Below are positions 50,032-59,130 of a stretch of DNA of 64,000 bases, one piece after another (within the stretch, counting starts at the first letter, position 1; the number at the start of each line of letters is the position of its first letter). A model generated the notes under the pieces. That model did not search any database, was not told where the DNA came from, and saw only the letters and a list, made by a program, of their open reading frames with translations. The translations under genes were made by a program, and so were the position numbers. This DNA is from a bacterium (lineage in GTDB: Bacteria > Zhuqueibacterota > Zhuqueibacteria > Oceanimicrobiales > Oceanimicrobiaceae): contig JBBIIG010000003.1 of assembly GCA_037446635.1 (NCBI GenBank), positions 23,302 through 87,301 on the forward strand, in the 5' to 3' direction.

Positions 50032-50310
50032 ATGCTAATTTGCCGCGTAGTGGGAGACGTCGTCTCCACTCAAAAAAACGTTCACCTCGAGGGACACAAA
50101 CTGCTGCTGGTGCAGCCGGTCGATCTCGACGGCAGCACTCCGTTGGGCACTTCGATGATCGCGGTGGACAAAGTAGATGCCGGCGATGGCGATCTGGTGC
50201 TGGTCAACAAAGAAGGCGGCTCCGCGCGGCTACTGTTGGGGGATGATGAAATTCCAGTGCAGGCGGTGATTGTGGGAGTGATTGATGGGATGGAAGTGGT
50301 GAAGCAGTAA
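50032..50310 (+). CDS. Bacterial microcompartment vertex (pentamer) protein, EutN/CcmL family
   Basis: M..CRVVG.VVSTQK...L.G.KLLLVQP, IAVD.V.AG.GD.VL...GGSAR, PV.A.IVG.ID. Confidence 0.95.
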   Translation: MLICRVVGDVVSTQKNVHLEGHKLLLVQPVDLDGSTPLGTSMIAVDKVDAGDGDLVLVNKEGGSARLLLGDDEIPVQAVIVGVIDGMEVVKQ

Positions 50311-50311
50311 T

Positions 50312-50512
50312 ATGGAAATTCGGCCAATTAAAACTGATGCTGATTACCAAAAAGCTCTCAAAGAAATCGAGAAGCTATTCGATGCTACTCCCGGTTCAAA
50401 GGAAACGGATCCTGTCGAGGCTATTAAGTATTTTATTAAAAGCCGTGGTTTGTCACCCAAAGATTGGTGTGAATTACAGAATCATCTTTTTTTAATTAAG
50501 GAGTTGTCATGA
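50312..50512 (+). pseudogene. HigA-like antitoxin remnant (internal deletion, HTH truncated)
   Basis: IRPIKT.ADY..AL.EIE.LFDA.PG is fused directly to DP.EAIK....SRGLS.KD; the usual intervening helix and the C-terminal HTH are missing. Confidence 0.7.
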
Positions 50513-50781
50513 AAAATCAACTCGCCGACGAAGAAACATTTGCTCTGATTGAGTCCGAGGCCAATTTAGAGTCTCTGGTTGAGCAAGTTCAGAAAAGCAA
50601 ACGGCCATTAATCCTAATGCATGATAGCGAAAGCAAAGCGGTGCTTCTAAACATCGAGGACTACCAGACTTTGCTTGAGGAATTGGAAGTTCTAAGAGAT
50701 ATTCATGTTGCTGAGGAACAGCTTCGTAACGGTCAATTCATCAGTAACCGCGAAGCCAGAAAGCGTCTGTTAGGTCGTTGA
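50509..50781 (+). CDS. Phd/YefM-family antitoxin
   Basis: A.L..LV.QV....RPLIL......AVLL..EDY..L.E.LE.L..I..A. Confidence 0.85.
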   Translation: MKNQLADEETFALIESEANLESLVEQVQKSKRPLILMHDSESKAVLLNIEDYQTLLEELEVLRDIHVAEEQLRNGQFISNREARKRLLGR

Positions 50782-51077
50782 TGAAACTCATTTGGACTGA
50801 AAAGGCAATCGAGCGCGTTGAGGCTATTGCCGATCACATCGCTCGTGACAGTCCATTTGCAAGCCAAAAATGGAAAACCGAAATTTACCAACGAGTTCAG
50901 CCACTGAGGCTTTTCCCCAGAATGGGGAGAGTTGTACCTGAAACCAACCGAGACGACACAAGAGAGAGCTTCCACGGTGCGTATCGCATTATCTATCGAA
51001 TTGAAGCAAAAAGAATTGCTGGGTTGACTGTTCGCCATGGAATGCAACATCTCAAACTCGAAGAAATCAATAAATAA
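50781..51077 (+). CDS. RelE/ParE-family toxin
   Basis: WT..A......I...IA.DSP.A, L..FP.MGR.VPE, YRIIYRI, V.HG. Confidence 0.9.
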   Translation: MKLIWTEKAIERVEAIADHIARDSPFASQKWKTEIYQRVQPLRLFPRMGRVVPETNRDDTRESFHGAYRIIYRIEAKRIAGLTVRHGMQHLKLEEINK

Positions 51078-51082
51078 TTCCA

Positions 51083-51949
51083 ATGAACCTCGACTTCCTG
51101 ATCGACAAAGTTGTAGATGAAATGACTGCTCAGCCCGTCCACTCGCACGGCGTGAAAACGCCCGAGTGCAACTGGTGCTGGGTGTGCCCCAACTGCCGCA
51201 GCGAGGTGGTGAAAGAGATGGTTGGCAATGGCGCCAATCGCGTGGGCGCGGGACCGAATTTAGGCCCGATTCACACGAACCTCGCAAAGTACATCGATCA
51301 CACGTTGCTCAAACCGGAAGCCACCGAAGATCAAATCATCAAACTGTGCCATGAAGCGGTGCAGTACGGCTTCGCTTCGGTGTGTGTTAATCCGACCTGG
51401 GTGCGGCTCTGCCGTGAGCTGACGCGCAACAGCGACGTGCTGGTGTGCACCGTGGCCGGCTTTCCGTTGGGCGCCAACACGACTGCGGTTAAAGCCTTTG
51501 AAACCCAGAAAGCGGTGGAAGAAGGCGCCGACGAAGTGGATATGGTCATCAACATCGGGCGGATGAAATCCGGCGACTACAATTTCGTGATGCGCGACAT
51601 CCGCGCGGTGGTAGAGGCCGCGGCCAAACGCGCAGAAGTCAAAGTCATCATCGAAACCTGTTATCTCACGGATGAAGAAAAAATCAAAGCGTGTCTCTTG
51701 GTCAAGGAAGCCGGCGCGCATTTCGTGAAAACTTCAACTGGCTTTGGCAAACAGGGCGCGACCCTCGGCGACGTGGCACTCATGCGCAAAGTCGTCGGTA
51801 GCGAATTGGGCGTGAAGGCCGCCGGCGGCATCCGCGATTACGAGGTCGCGGCGCAGATGATCGAAGCCGGCGCCAACCGACTCGGCGCCTCCGCCAGCGT
51901 GGCTATCATCGGACTGCCCGCCAGAGGCCTTGGGCAGGCGGGCAAATGA
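51083..51949 (+). CDS. deoC: Deoxyribose-phosphate aldolase with N-terminal extension (putative encapsulation peptide + Cys cluster)
   Basis: [40 protein letters not shown]; about 65 extra N-terminal residues. Confidence 0.97.
   Translation: MNLDFLIDKVVDEMTAQPVHSHGVKTPECNWCWVCPNCRSEVVKEMVGNGANRVGAGPNLGPIHTNLAKYIDHTLLKPEATEDQIIKLCHEAVQYGFASVCVNPTWVRLCRELTRNSDVLVCTVAGFPLGANTTAVKAFETQKAVEEGADEVDMVINIGRMKSGDYNFVMRDIRAVVEAAAKRAEVKVIIETCYLTDEEKIKACLLVKEAGAHFVKTSTGFGKQGATLGDVALMRKVVGSELGVKAAGGIRDYEVAAQMIEAGANRLGASASVAIIGLPARGLGQAGK
51913..51942. mobile_element. 30-bp family C mini-element, in frame at the deoC C-terminus
   Basis: actgcccgccagaggccttgggcaggcggg encodes [10 protein letters not shown]; 26/30 identical to 57305-57334. 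Confidence 0.8.
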
Positions 51950-53265
51950 ATCCCATCGACATCATCATAAAAAAGCGCGACGGTGAAACCCTCAGCGCCG
52001 AGGAATTGCAGTTCCTGATTTCGGGCTACGTCCGCGACGAGATTCCCGACTATCAAATCGCTGCATTTTTAATGAGCGTTTATTTTCAGGGAATGCAGCC
52101 GACTGAAATCGCGACTCTCACGCAAATTATGCGTGACTCCGGCACCGTGCTCGATCTCGCCGACATCCCCGGATTCAAAATCGACAAACACAGCACCGGC
52201 GGCGTCGGCGATAAAGTCTCGCTCATTCTCGCGCCGCTGGTGGCAGCCGCCGGACTCATTGTGCCGATGATTTCCGGGCGCTCGCTGGCCCACACCGGCG
52301 GCACGCTCGATAAGTTGGAAGCCATTCCCGGTTTTCGCACCAATCTCAGCATCCCCGAAATTAAATCCCTGTTGAAAAAAATCGGCGTGGCGCTAGTGGG
52401 ACAGACGGCCGATCTGACTCCCGCCGACAAAAAAATCTACGCTCTACGCGACGCCACCGGCACCGTGCACGCGATCCCGCTCATCACCGCCAGCATCTTG
52501 AGCAAAAAACTGGCCGAGGGCATCGATGCGCTGGTGCTGGACGTCAAAGCCGGCAGCGGCGCGATTTTCGAAACCAAAGAGAAGGCGGAGGAGTTGGCGC
52601 GCATGTTGGTCGCCACCGCTAACCAGTTTAATTTGAAAACGGTTGCCATCATCACCTCGATGGAACAGCCGCTGGGCAACGCTATCGGCAACTGGCTGGA
52701 GACCCGCGAAGCCCTTGCGACGCTGCGGGGAAGCGGGCCGGCGGATTTGCTGGAGGTCACCCTCACCCTCGGCGCGCAGATGCTGGTGCTGGCCGGCGCG
52801 GCCGCGAATCTCGAATTCGGCAAAAAAATCTTGCAAGAGAAAATCGATGATGGCTCTGGCTTTGAAAAATTTTGGGAGATTGTGAAAGCGCAGGGCGGCG
52901 ATACCTCGGTGATCGAAAATCCTGAAAGTTACCCGGCTGCTAAATTCTCATTTGAAGTAAAAAGTCCGAAGGCCGGATTTGTTTCCAAAATACACTGCCG
53001 GGAAATTGGCAAAATTTCCATGGCCCTCGGCGCCGGCCGCAGCGCGGTGAAAGACGGCGTGGATTACACTTCCGGCATCGTGCTGCATAAAAAGGTTGGC
53101 GATCGTATCGAAGCCGATGAGGTGCTGGCTGTGGCGTACACCAACAAAAAAGAGCGCATCGAAGAAAACAAAAATCGTCTGCAAAATGCTTTTAAAATAG
53201 TTGATGCGCAAGTTGATCCGCCGCCGCTGATTCAGGGGTGGGTGGATGGCAACGACGAGGAGTGA
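51946..53265 (+). CDS. pdp: Pyrimidine-nucleoside/thymidine phosphorylase
   Basis: [47 protein letters not shown]. Confidence 0.96.
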   Translation: MNPIDIIIKKRDGETLSAEELQFLISGYVRDEIPDYQIAAFLMSVYFQGMQPTEIATLTQIMRDSGTVLDLADIPGFKIDKHSTGGVGDKVSLILAPLVAAAGLIVPMISGRSLAHTGGTLDKLEAIPGFRTNLSIPEIKSLLKKIGVALVGQTADLTPADKKIYALRDATGTVHAIPLITASILSKKLAEGIDALVLDVKAGSGAIFETKEKAEELARMLVATANQFNLKTVAIITSMEQPLGNAIGNWLETREALATLRGSGPADLLEVTLTLGAQMLVLAGAAANLEFGKKILQEKIDDGSGFEKFWEIVKAQGGDTSVIENPESYPAAKFSFEVKSPKAGFVSKIHCREIGKISMALGAGRSAVKDGVDYTSGIVLHKKVGDRIEADEVLAVAYTNKKERIEENKNRLQNAFKIVDAQVDPPPLIQGWVDGNDEE

Positions 53266-53350
53266 TGGAGTGCTGGATCAATGAAGCGGCAACCACATGA
53301 ATCCATAGACCCATCAATCTAGGCTGAATAGAGAGAAAAAAGGTTAGAGC

Positions 53351-53752
53351 ATGCGCTATCTCGTCAAAGCACGCATCAAATCGGGGAAGGCCGAACCCCT
53401 GCTGCGCGCCATCGAAACCGGCACGCTGGGTGAAGGCTCGGTTGCCGGCGATGAATATATTTACGATATGCAGCAGGCGCGCCAGTTGGAAGACGGCACA
53501 ATCTGCTGGGTGGAAACCTGCTTTTGCCCGACGCCGCTCGCCGAAGAAACGCCGTATTGGGAAGAATATTTTGATCTTCTCAAAATCAAAAACGCCCACG
53601 ACCCGCGCCGCTGCAAAGATTTGAACGGAAGCGAGCCCTGGGCCTGCTGCGATTGCGATTGCACCAAAAAGTTGGAGGAAAAGATGAAGGGTTGGGGGAA
53701 ATCGTTTCTGGCGACCTTGGAAGCATCCGGCAAATCGCCGAATTCAAAATAG
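53351..53752 (+). CDS. Conserved hypothetical Cys-rich protein
   Basis: W.E.CFC.TPL.EE.PYWE.YF, C...NG..PWAC.DCDCT. Confidence 0.75.
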   Translation: MRYLVKARIKSGKAEPLLRAIETGTLGEGSVAGDEYIYDMQQARQLEDGTICWVETCFCPTPLAEETPYWEEYFDLLKIKNAHDPRRCKDLNGSEPWACCDCDCTKKLEEKMKGWGKSFLATLEASGKSPNSK

Positions 53753-53754
53753 TT

Positions 53755-54075
53755 TCACTGCACGACCACCGCCGTTCCGCTGGCCGAGACCATCAACATG
53801 CCGTTGTTTTGACCCAGCACTTCGTAGTCGAGATCGATGCCAACCACTGCGTTCGCGCCCAACTCTTGTGCGCGTTGTTGCAGTTCATCGAGCGCAATGT
53901 CGCGAGCATTTTGCAGCTCTTTTTCATAAGTGGCCGATCGCCCGCCGACGAGATCGCGGATGCCAGCGAACAGATCTTTGAAAATGTTCGCGCCCAGGAT
54001 TGCCTCTCCAGCAACGATGCCGCAATACTTGGTGATGCGCTTGCCTTCGATGGTTGGGGTAGTGGTAAGTTGCAT
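53755..54075 (-). CDS. YbjQ/UPF0145 family protein
   Basis: TTT..IEG..I..Y.GIV.GE, RD.VGGRS..YE.EL..AR, GANAVVG, V.ASGTAV. Confidence 0.95.
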   Translation of the reverse strand: MQLTTTPTIEGKRITKYCGIVAGEAILGANIFKDLFAGIRDLVGGRSATYEKELQNARDIALDELQQRAQELGANAVVGIDLDYEVLGQNNGMLMVSASGTAVVVQ

Positions 54076-54089
54076 GGTTCCTCCCAATG

Positions 54090-54359
54090 TCAAGAATTTT
54101 GCTGACTACTGGCTTGGTTAATTTTTTCTTGAACCCATAGGTTTAACAGAGTCTCTTCGCTAATTCCACGTTCTTCGGCGATCTGTCTAACCTTCAATGA
54201 AAGATGGCCGTCCAATGGGTAATACTTGCGTTGCGATTTAATCTTCACATCGAATTTCACTTCAGTCTGTTCTCCGAATTCAGTAGCATCATGTTCATCC
54301 CAAAACGCGCCTATTTCCTGATAAGTGCGAGCTTTTGAGATTGGTGTTTTACTTGACAT
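54090..54359 (-). CDS. CopG/BrnA-type antitoxin
   Basis: EIG.FWD.HD.T, A..RG.S.ETL.NLW.QEK. Confidence 0.82.
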   Translation of the reverse strand: MSSKTPISKARTYQEIGAFWDEHDATEFGEQTEVKFDVKIKSQRKYYPLDGHLSLKVRQIAEERGISEETLLNLWVQEKINQASSQQNS

Positions 54360-54420
54360 ACTTTTTCCTTTCCTTTTTTGTCATCTCTCGTGCTGAAACG
54401 ATGATAGCTTGTTTGTATAA
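54349..54420 (-). pseudogene. 3' remnant of a BrnT-like toxin
   Basis: [21 protein letters not shown] overlaps the antitoxin start; the 5' part is missing. Confidence 0.7.
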
Positions 54421-54556
54421 ACTGCTTTCCTCCAGTTACTCCAATTTCTCAAGTCTAATATTAGACACTGAATGTCTAAATATGGCCGTTGCCATCCCGA
54501 TCCTTTAAATTTAGACCAAGCCGCAAAACCTTCAAGATTCCAGGGTTCTATAAGAA

Positions 54557-54702
54557 TCACCCCAGCAAATCTGCCACCACCGCTTTCTCTTCATTCAATT
54601 CCTTCAATGTGATCTGAATTTTCTCGCGGGCGAAGTCGCTCCACTTCACGTTTTGCACAATCGAATAGTTGCCTTTGCCGTCGCTGGTGCAGGGGAAGGA
54701 AA
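54557..54702 (-). pseudogene. Duplicated 3' end of mdh (direct repeat of 55366-55511)
   Basis: About 146 bp nearly identical to the mdh tail; encodes [15 protein letters not shown]...KAVVADLLG* versus ...VADLIK*. Confidence 0.92.
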
Positions 54703-54717
54703 GACTATTTACTCCCG

Positions 54718-54990
54718 TCATTGATGTGTTTGTTCGATGGGGTCTTTATGGGCTTCAGCATATATGCGAAGAGCTGCGGCCATGAGGCGGGAGTAGTCTT
54801 TGCCTTGTGCCTTGAACCACTCCAGTACCTCAGGCTCTACGCGCACAGTAATAGATACCGGCGGTCGCGGCATACGCAAGGTGGCCTTGGCAAAAAACTC
54901 TTCCGACAAAGGTGGAACGTCGGAAGTGTCAATCATTTCATCGGTCATGACATCAATGCGGGCCCAGTCGGTCTCGGAAGGCTTGTTCAT
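54718..54990 (-). CDS. BrnA-family antitoxin
   Basis: TDW.R...M.DE.ID.SD.P.L..EFF..A, T.RV...VLEWFK.QG..Y...M..ALR.Y. Confidence 0.9.
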   Translation of the reverse strand: MNKPSETDWARIDVMTDEMIDTSDVPPLSEEFFAKATLRMPRPPVSITVRVEPEVLEWFKAQGKDYSRLMAAALRIYAEAHKDPIEQTHQ

Positions 54991-55256
54991 ATTTTGTTTG
55001 TTCATGTGTAAGTGCCTTTCTTAATGAAATAATTCTGATTACTTCTTCGTCACTTTCTTCGCGCTCGGCAAAAACCTACTACAACGATACACGCATCAAG
55101 CACGCCAATTCCAATCCACCGGTCTTCGCCATAATCCTCGCGTTCGTCAAGGTTCGTAAGCATAGGGGTCGCAAAAATTTTCCACGCATCGGCAAAATCG
55201 AAGCCGTGCTTACGAATGTTCTCCTTACGTTTGTTTTCGTCCCACTCAAAGCGCAT
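54953..55256 (-). pseudogene. BrnT-family toxin with a +1 frameshift near 55075
   Basis: MRFEWDE.K...N.RKHG.DF, D.REDYGE.RW..IG. Removing one base restores VVVFAERE...IRIISLRKA..HEQ..Y. Confidence 0.85.
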
Positions 55257-55365
55257 GAATTATGTGTAGTTGCCAAGTTCAGCTAATGGACTTTATCTCG
55301 ACTTCAAATATAGCATAAATCCCGAATGACGCAACCCGAAATCTGGGAGGTTCGAGAATCAATTC

Positions 55366-56349
55366 TCACTTAATCAAATCCGCTACCACCGCTTTCTCTT
55401 CGTTCAATTCTTTCAATGTGATATGAATTTTCTCGCGGGCGAAGTCGCTCCACTTCACGTTTTGCACAATCGAGTAGTTGCCTTTGCCGTCGCTGGTGCA
55501 GGGGAAGGAAAAGATCAGCTCGTCCGTGATGCCGTAGCTGCCGTCGGTGGCCACGGCAGCGGAGAACCAGTCGCCCGCTGGGGTTTTGGCCAGCAGCGTT
55601 TTCACGTGATCGATGGCGGCGTTGGCGGCAGACATCGCCGAGGAAAGCCCGCGGGCGGCAATCACCGCGGCGCCGCGCTGCTGCACGGTTTTGATGAAAT
55701 CTTCCCGCAGCCACGCGACGTGGCCGATGGCGTCGGTGGCCGGCTTGCCTTTGATCTTCGCGTTTTCGAAATCGGGAAATTGCGTGGCGCTGTGGTTGCC
55801 CCAGATGGTCATATTGGTCACGTCCTTCACCGAGACGCCGGCCTTCTTCGCCAATTGCGCTTTGGCGCGCAGCTCATCCAGTCGGGTCATGGCGCTGAAA
55901 CGCTCGCGGGGAATGTCCTTGGCGTTCTTCATGCAAATCAGGCAATTGGTGTTAGCGGGATTGCCCACCACGAATACCCGCACGTCATCGGCGGCTTTGG
56001 CGAGCGCCTTGCCCTGTCCCACGAAAATCGGGCCGTTGTCGCGAATGAGGTCTTTGCGCTCCATGCCTTTGCCGCGCGGCTTGGCGCCAATCAGCAGCGC
56101 CCAGTTGATACCATCAAAAGCAGTCTCGGCTTTATCGGTCACCACAATTTTTTCAACCAATGGAAACGCGCAATCTTCGATTTCCATCACCACGCCTTCG
56201 AGGGCGGGCAGTACCGGCGTGATTTCCAGCAAATGCAGATGGAGTTTGGTATCGGCGCCAAACACTTCTCCCGAAGCGATGCGCGGAAGAATGGCGTAGC
56301 CAATTTGTCCCGCCGCGCCGGTCACGGCAACCTTCACGGTTTTTGACAT
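55366..56349 (-). CDS. mdh: Malate dehydrogenase
   Basis: [53 protein letters not shown]. Confidence 0.98.
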   Translation of the reverse strand: MSKTVKVAVTGAAGQIGYAILPRIASGEVFGADTKLHLHLLEITPVLPALEGVVMEIEDCAFPLVEKIVVTDKAETAFDGINWALLIGAKPRGKGMERKDLIRDNGPIFVGQGKALAKAADDVRVFVVGNPANTNCLICMKNAKDIPRERFSAMTRLDELRAKAQLAKKAGVSVKDVTNMTIWGNHSATQFPDFENAKIKGKPATDAIGHVAWLREDFIKTVQQRGAAVIAARGLSSAMSAANAAIDHVKTLLAKTPAGDWFSAAVATDGSYGITDELIFSFPCTSDGKGNYSIVQNVKWSDFAREKIHITLKELNEEKAVVADLIK

Positions 56350-56765
56350 CGCAACCTCCTTCGATTTTCGTCTTTATTACTTTGTTGGTCAAATAGCTGC
56401 AGCCTGTTCAAAGATAATTTAAAGATAAGAATCGGGTGATGATCCGCAAGGGATTTTTTTGCGACTCAGTAGGGCCGCCTGCCAAGTTTTCGCTTGCGCT
56501 TTGAGAAAGATTTTTTTATTTAATACCACGCAAAAATAGAGGAGCTTGTGAGACACCTCACATTTAGTTTCCAATTTGATCCTGGAGTGGATTTTTATTC
56601 TGTATGAAGGCCATCCGCCCAATGGAAAGACCGGATTACGACGCTTCTACAAATGTTCCACCACGAGCTGTTAAAATTGGCCGCGTTCCTTCGCAATCGG
56701 AAATTCTTTGAGACGCCCTTACTCATTTTAGGAATTGCTCCACAAACTAAAACAGAGGAATCAGC

Positions 56766-58139
56766 ATGATGAAAAAAATGACACTCGTAATTATCTCATT
56801 CTCACTATTAGTTTATGCTGCTGCATTTCCCAGCGAACCCAACGCCGACCAGCAGCGCAACTGGCCGCAGTGGCGGGGACCGCTGGCCAACGGCGTCGCC
56901 CCGCACGCCAATCCACCAGTCGAATGGAGCGCAACCAAAAACATCCGCTGGAAAACCGAAATTCCCGGACGCGGTCACGCCACGCCCATCGTTTGGGGTG
57001 AGCAGATTTTCATCTTAACCGCGGTAGAAACGGAACAGGCCGGCAGCACTCCCGCCGCCGATAATAACCTGCCCGAATGGCGACGCGGCCGCGGCATTTC
57101 CACGGACAAAATCCACCGCTACGACGTTCTCTCCATCAACCGAAAAGATGGCAAAATTCTTTGGCAGAAAACCGCGACCACCGCGCTGCCCCACGAAGGC
57201 ACCCACACCGACGGCAGTTGGGCCTCCCACTCGCCGATTACCGATGGCGAATTGCTATTTGCGTATTTTGGATCGCGGGGAATTTTTTGTTACGATCTCA
57301 AAGGCCTGCCCGCCAGAAGCCTAAGGCAGGCGGGCAATTTGAAATGGCAGAAAGATTTGGGCGACATGACCACCCGTAACAGTTTCGGCGAGGGCAGCTC
57401 GCCGGCGCTGCACGGAGATAAACTCATCATCAACTGGGATCACGAGGGGCAATCGTTTATTGTCGTTCTCAATAAAAAAACTGGTGAAGAAATTTGGCGC
57501 GCCGATCGCGACGAACCGACCTCGTGGTCCACGCCACTGGTGGTGAGCCATGATGGCCAGCCGCAGGTGATCGTCAGCGCCACCAATCGCGTGCGCAGTT
57601 ATGATCTCAACAGCGGCAAAATTTTGTGGGAATCGAGCGGCATGACCGTAAATACGATCCCCTCGCCCGTGCACGATGACGGCATAGTGTACGTGATGAG
57701 CGGCTTCCGCGGCAGCGCGCTGCAAGCCATTCGCCTCGCCGATGCCCGCGGCTACATCAACGATACGCCGGCCATCATCTGGCAGCACGACCGCGACACG
57801 CCGTATGTGCCCTCGCCGCTGCTGTACGACGACAACCTCTATTTTCTGAAAGTGAACACGGCTATTCTTTCCTGCTTCAACGCCCGCACGGGCGAGCCCA
57901 ATTATGAGCCGCAGCGGCTGGAGGGGTTGACGAACGTTTACAGCTCGCCCGTGGGCGCGGCGGGTCGCGTTTATATCACCAGCCGCAACGGCGCGACCCT
58001 GGTGCTGAAAAACAGCCCACAATTCGAGGTGCTCGCCGTCAATCAACTCCATGATGATTTCGAGGCCTCGGCGGCGTTAGTTGATGGGGAATTGTACTTG
58101 CGAGGAAAACAGACGTTGTATTGTATAGCGGAAAACTGA
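56766..58139 (+). CDS. PQQ-binding-like beta-propeller protein
   Basis: WPQWRGP..NG, WKT.IPG.G..TP.VW, SSP, WSTP, YSSPV, LYLRG...LYCI. Confidence 0.9.
   Translation: MMKKMTLVIISFSLLVYAAAFPSEPNADQQRNWPQWRGPLANGVAPHANPPVEWSATKNIRWKTEIPGRGHATPIVWGEQIFILTAVETEQAGSTPAADNNLPEWRRGRGISTDKIHRYDVLSINRKDGKILWQKTATTALPHEGTHTDGSWASHSPITDGELLFAYFGSRGIFCYDLKGLPARSLRQAGNLKWQKDLGDMTTRNSFGEGSSPALHGDKLIINWDHEGQSFIVVLNKKTGEEIWRADRDEPTSWSTPLVVSHDGQPQVIVSATNRVRSYDLNSGKILWESSGMTVNTIPSPVHDDGIVYVMSGFRGSALQAIRLADARGYINDTPAIIWQHDRDTPYVPSPLLYDDNLYFLKVNTAILSCFNARTGEPNYEPQRLEGLTNVYSSPVGAAGRVYITSRNGATLVLKNSPQFEVLAVNQLHDDFEASAALVDGELYLRGKQTLYCIAEN
57305..57334. mobile_element. 30-bp family C mini-element, in frame in the beta-propeller gene
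   Basis: cctgcccgccagaagcctaaggcaggcggg. Removal restores the blade motif CYDLKGNLKWQKDLG. Confidence 0.88.
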
Positions 58140-58233
58140 CCCAACTCGCTCCAGCACGGTTTGTAACCGTGTTTGGAATTCTAAAAGCTCGCAATCTATG
58201 TTCTTTTTCCAAAACACGGTCGAAGACCATGTT

Positions 58234-58533
58234 ATGATGATGCACTGCTACAACTGCCAAAGCGAAATTAACTTGACCGGACAGCCCAGCCGCAGTGCCA
58301 CCTGCCCCAAATGCGCGGCCTATTTGCGCTGCTGCCGCAACTGCCGGTTCTACGATCCCAACGCGCACAACCAGTGCCGCGAGCCGCAAGCTGAGTGGGT
58401 GCAAGACAAAGAGATGGCCAACTTCTGCGACTTTTTTGAGGCGGCCAGCAAAGCGGCGGACAGAGAAACGGCGCGCAAAGAGGAGGCGCGCAAAAAGCTG
58501 GAGGAGTTGTTTAAGAAAAAGCCCACGGATTAG
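58234..58533 (+). CDS. Conserved small Cys-rich (zinc-binding) protein
   Basis: CxxC...CPKC...L.CC.NC.FYD......C.E......KE..NFCDFF. Confidence 0.75.
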   Translation: MMMHCYNCQSEINLTGQPSRSATCPKCAAYLRCCRNCRFYDPNAHNQCREPQAEWVQDKEMANFCDFFEAASKAADRETARKEEARKKLEELFKKKPTD

Positions 58534-58667
58534 AAAACCACGTGAAAAAGAAGTCAAAACAATTTTGCCCTCTATAAATCTTGCTTTTCGATTGACGTTT
58601 GATTATGTTTACCGCTGGTTATTGCTGCAACATTCCAATCATAAAAAAATAATTAAGAGGAGGGTTT

Positions 58668-59042
58668 ATGACCGCGAGACTTTTGCTACTGACTTTGGTT
58701 TTTGTGTGCCTGGCAATGCTCTTGCCGGGATGCTACACCATGAACCAAATCGGCACGCCAACCGATATCGCGATTGAAATTACGAATGCAGAGAACGCCA
58801 CCACCATTCAGCACTTCACTCGTACCAAACTGGTGAATCATTTCATTTTTGGGCTGGTCAGTCCGCAAGATTCTGGTTTTGAGAAGCTGATCGCAGAAGA
58901 AGTGAAAAAAAACAATGGCACGCGAGCAGTGAACCTGAGAACGAAATATCAATACACGTTCGTCAACGGACTCGTGGGCCTCATCACGTTTGGTATTTAC
59001 ACGCCCTTCACTCTGACCGTCGAAGGCGACGTGCTAAAATAG
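58668..59042 (+). CDS. Bor/Iss-like lipoprotein
   Basis: LPGC lipobox, HFIFGL, TF.NGL...ITFGIYTP.T; GAGGAGG RBS. Confidence 0.75.
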   Translation: MTARLLLLTLVFVCLAMLLPGCYTMNQIGTPTDIAIEITNAENATTIQHFTRTKLVNHFIFGLVSPQDSGFEKLIAEEVKKNNGTRAVNLRTKYQYTFVNGLVGLITFGIYTPFTLTVEGDVLK

Positions 59043-59071
59043 CAAACGACCTCTTGCAAGTTTCGGAGTTT

Positions 59072-59109
59072 AAAATCACCCTGGGTATCTCAGGGTGATT
59101 TTTGTTTTT
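59072..59109 (+). terminator. Intrinsic terminator
   Basis: aaaatcaccctg-loop-cagggtgatttt followed by tgttttt. Confidence 0.75.
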
Positions 59110-59130
59110 ATTCAAAACAGGGAGCCAGTT

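Noticed and set aside
47070..55256. Prophage or defence island interpretation of the Uma2/TA-rich region
   Set aside because: No integrase, phage structural or recognised defence genes; the modules are interleaved with housekeeping genes.
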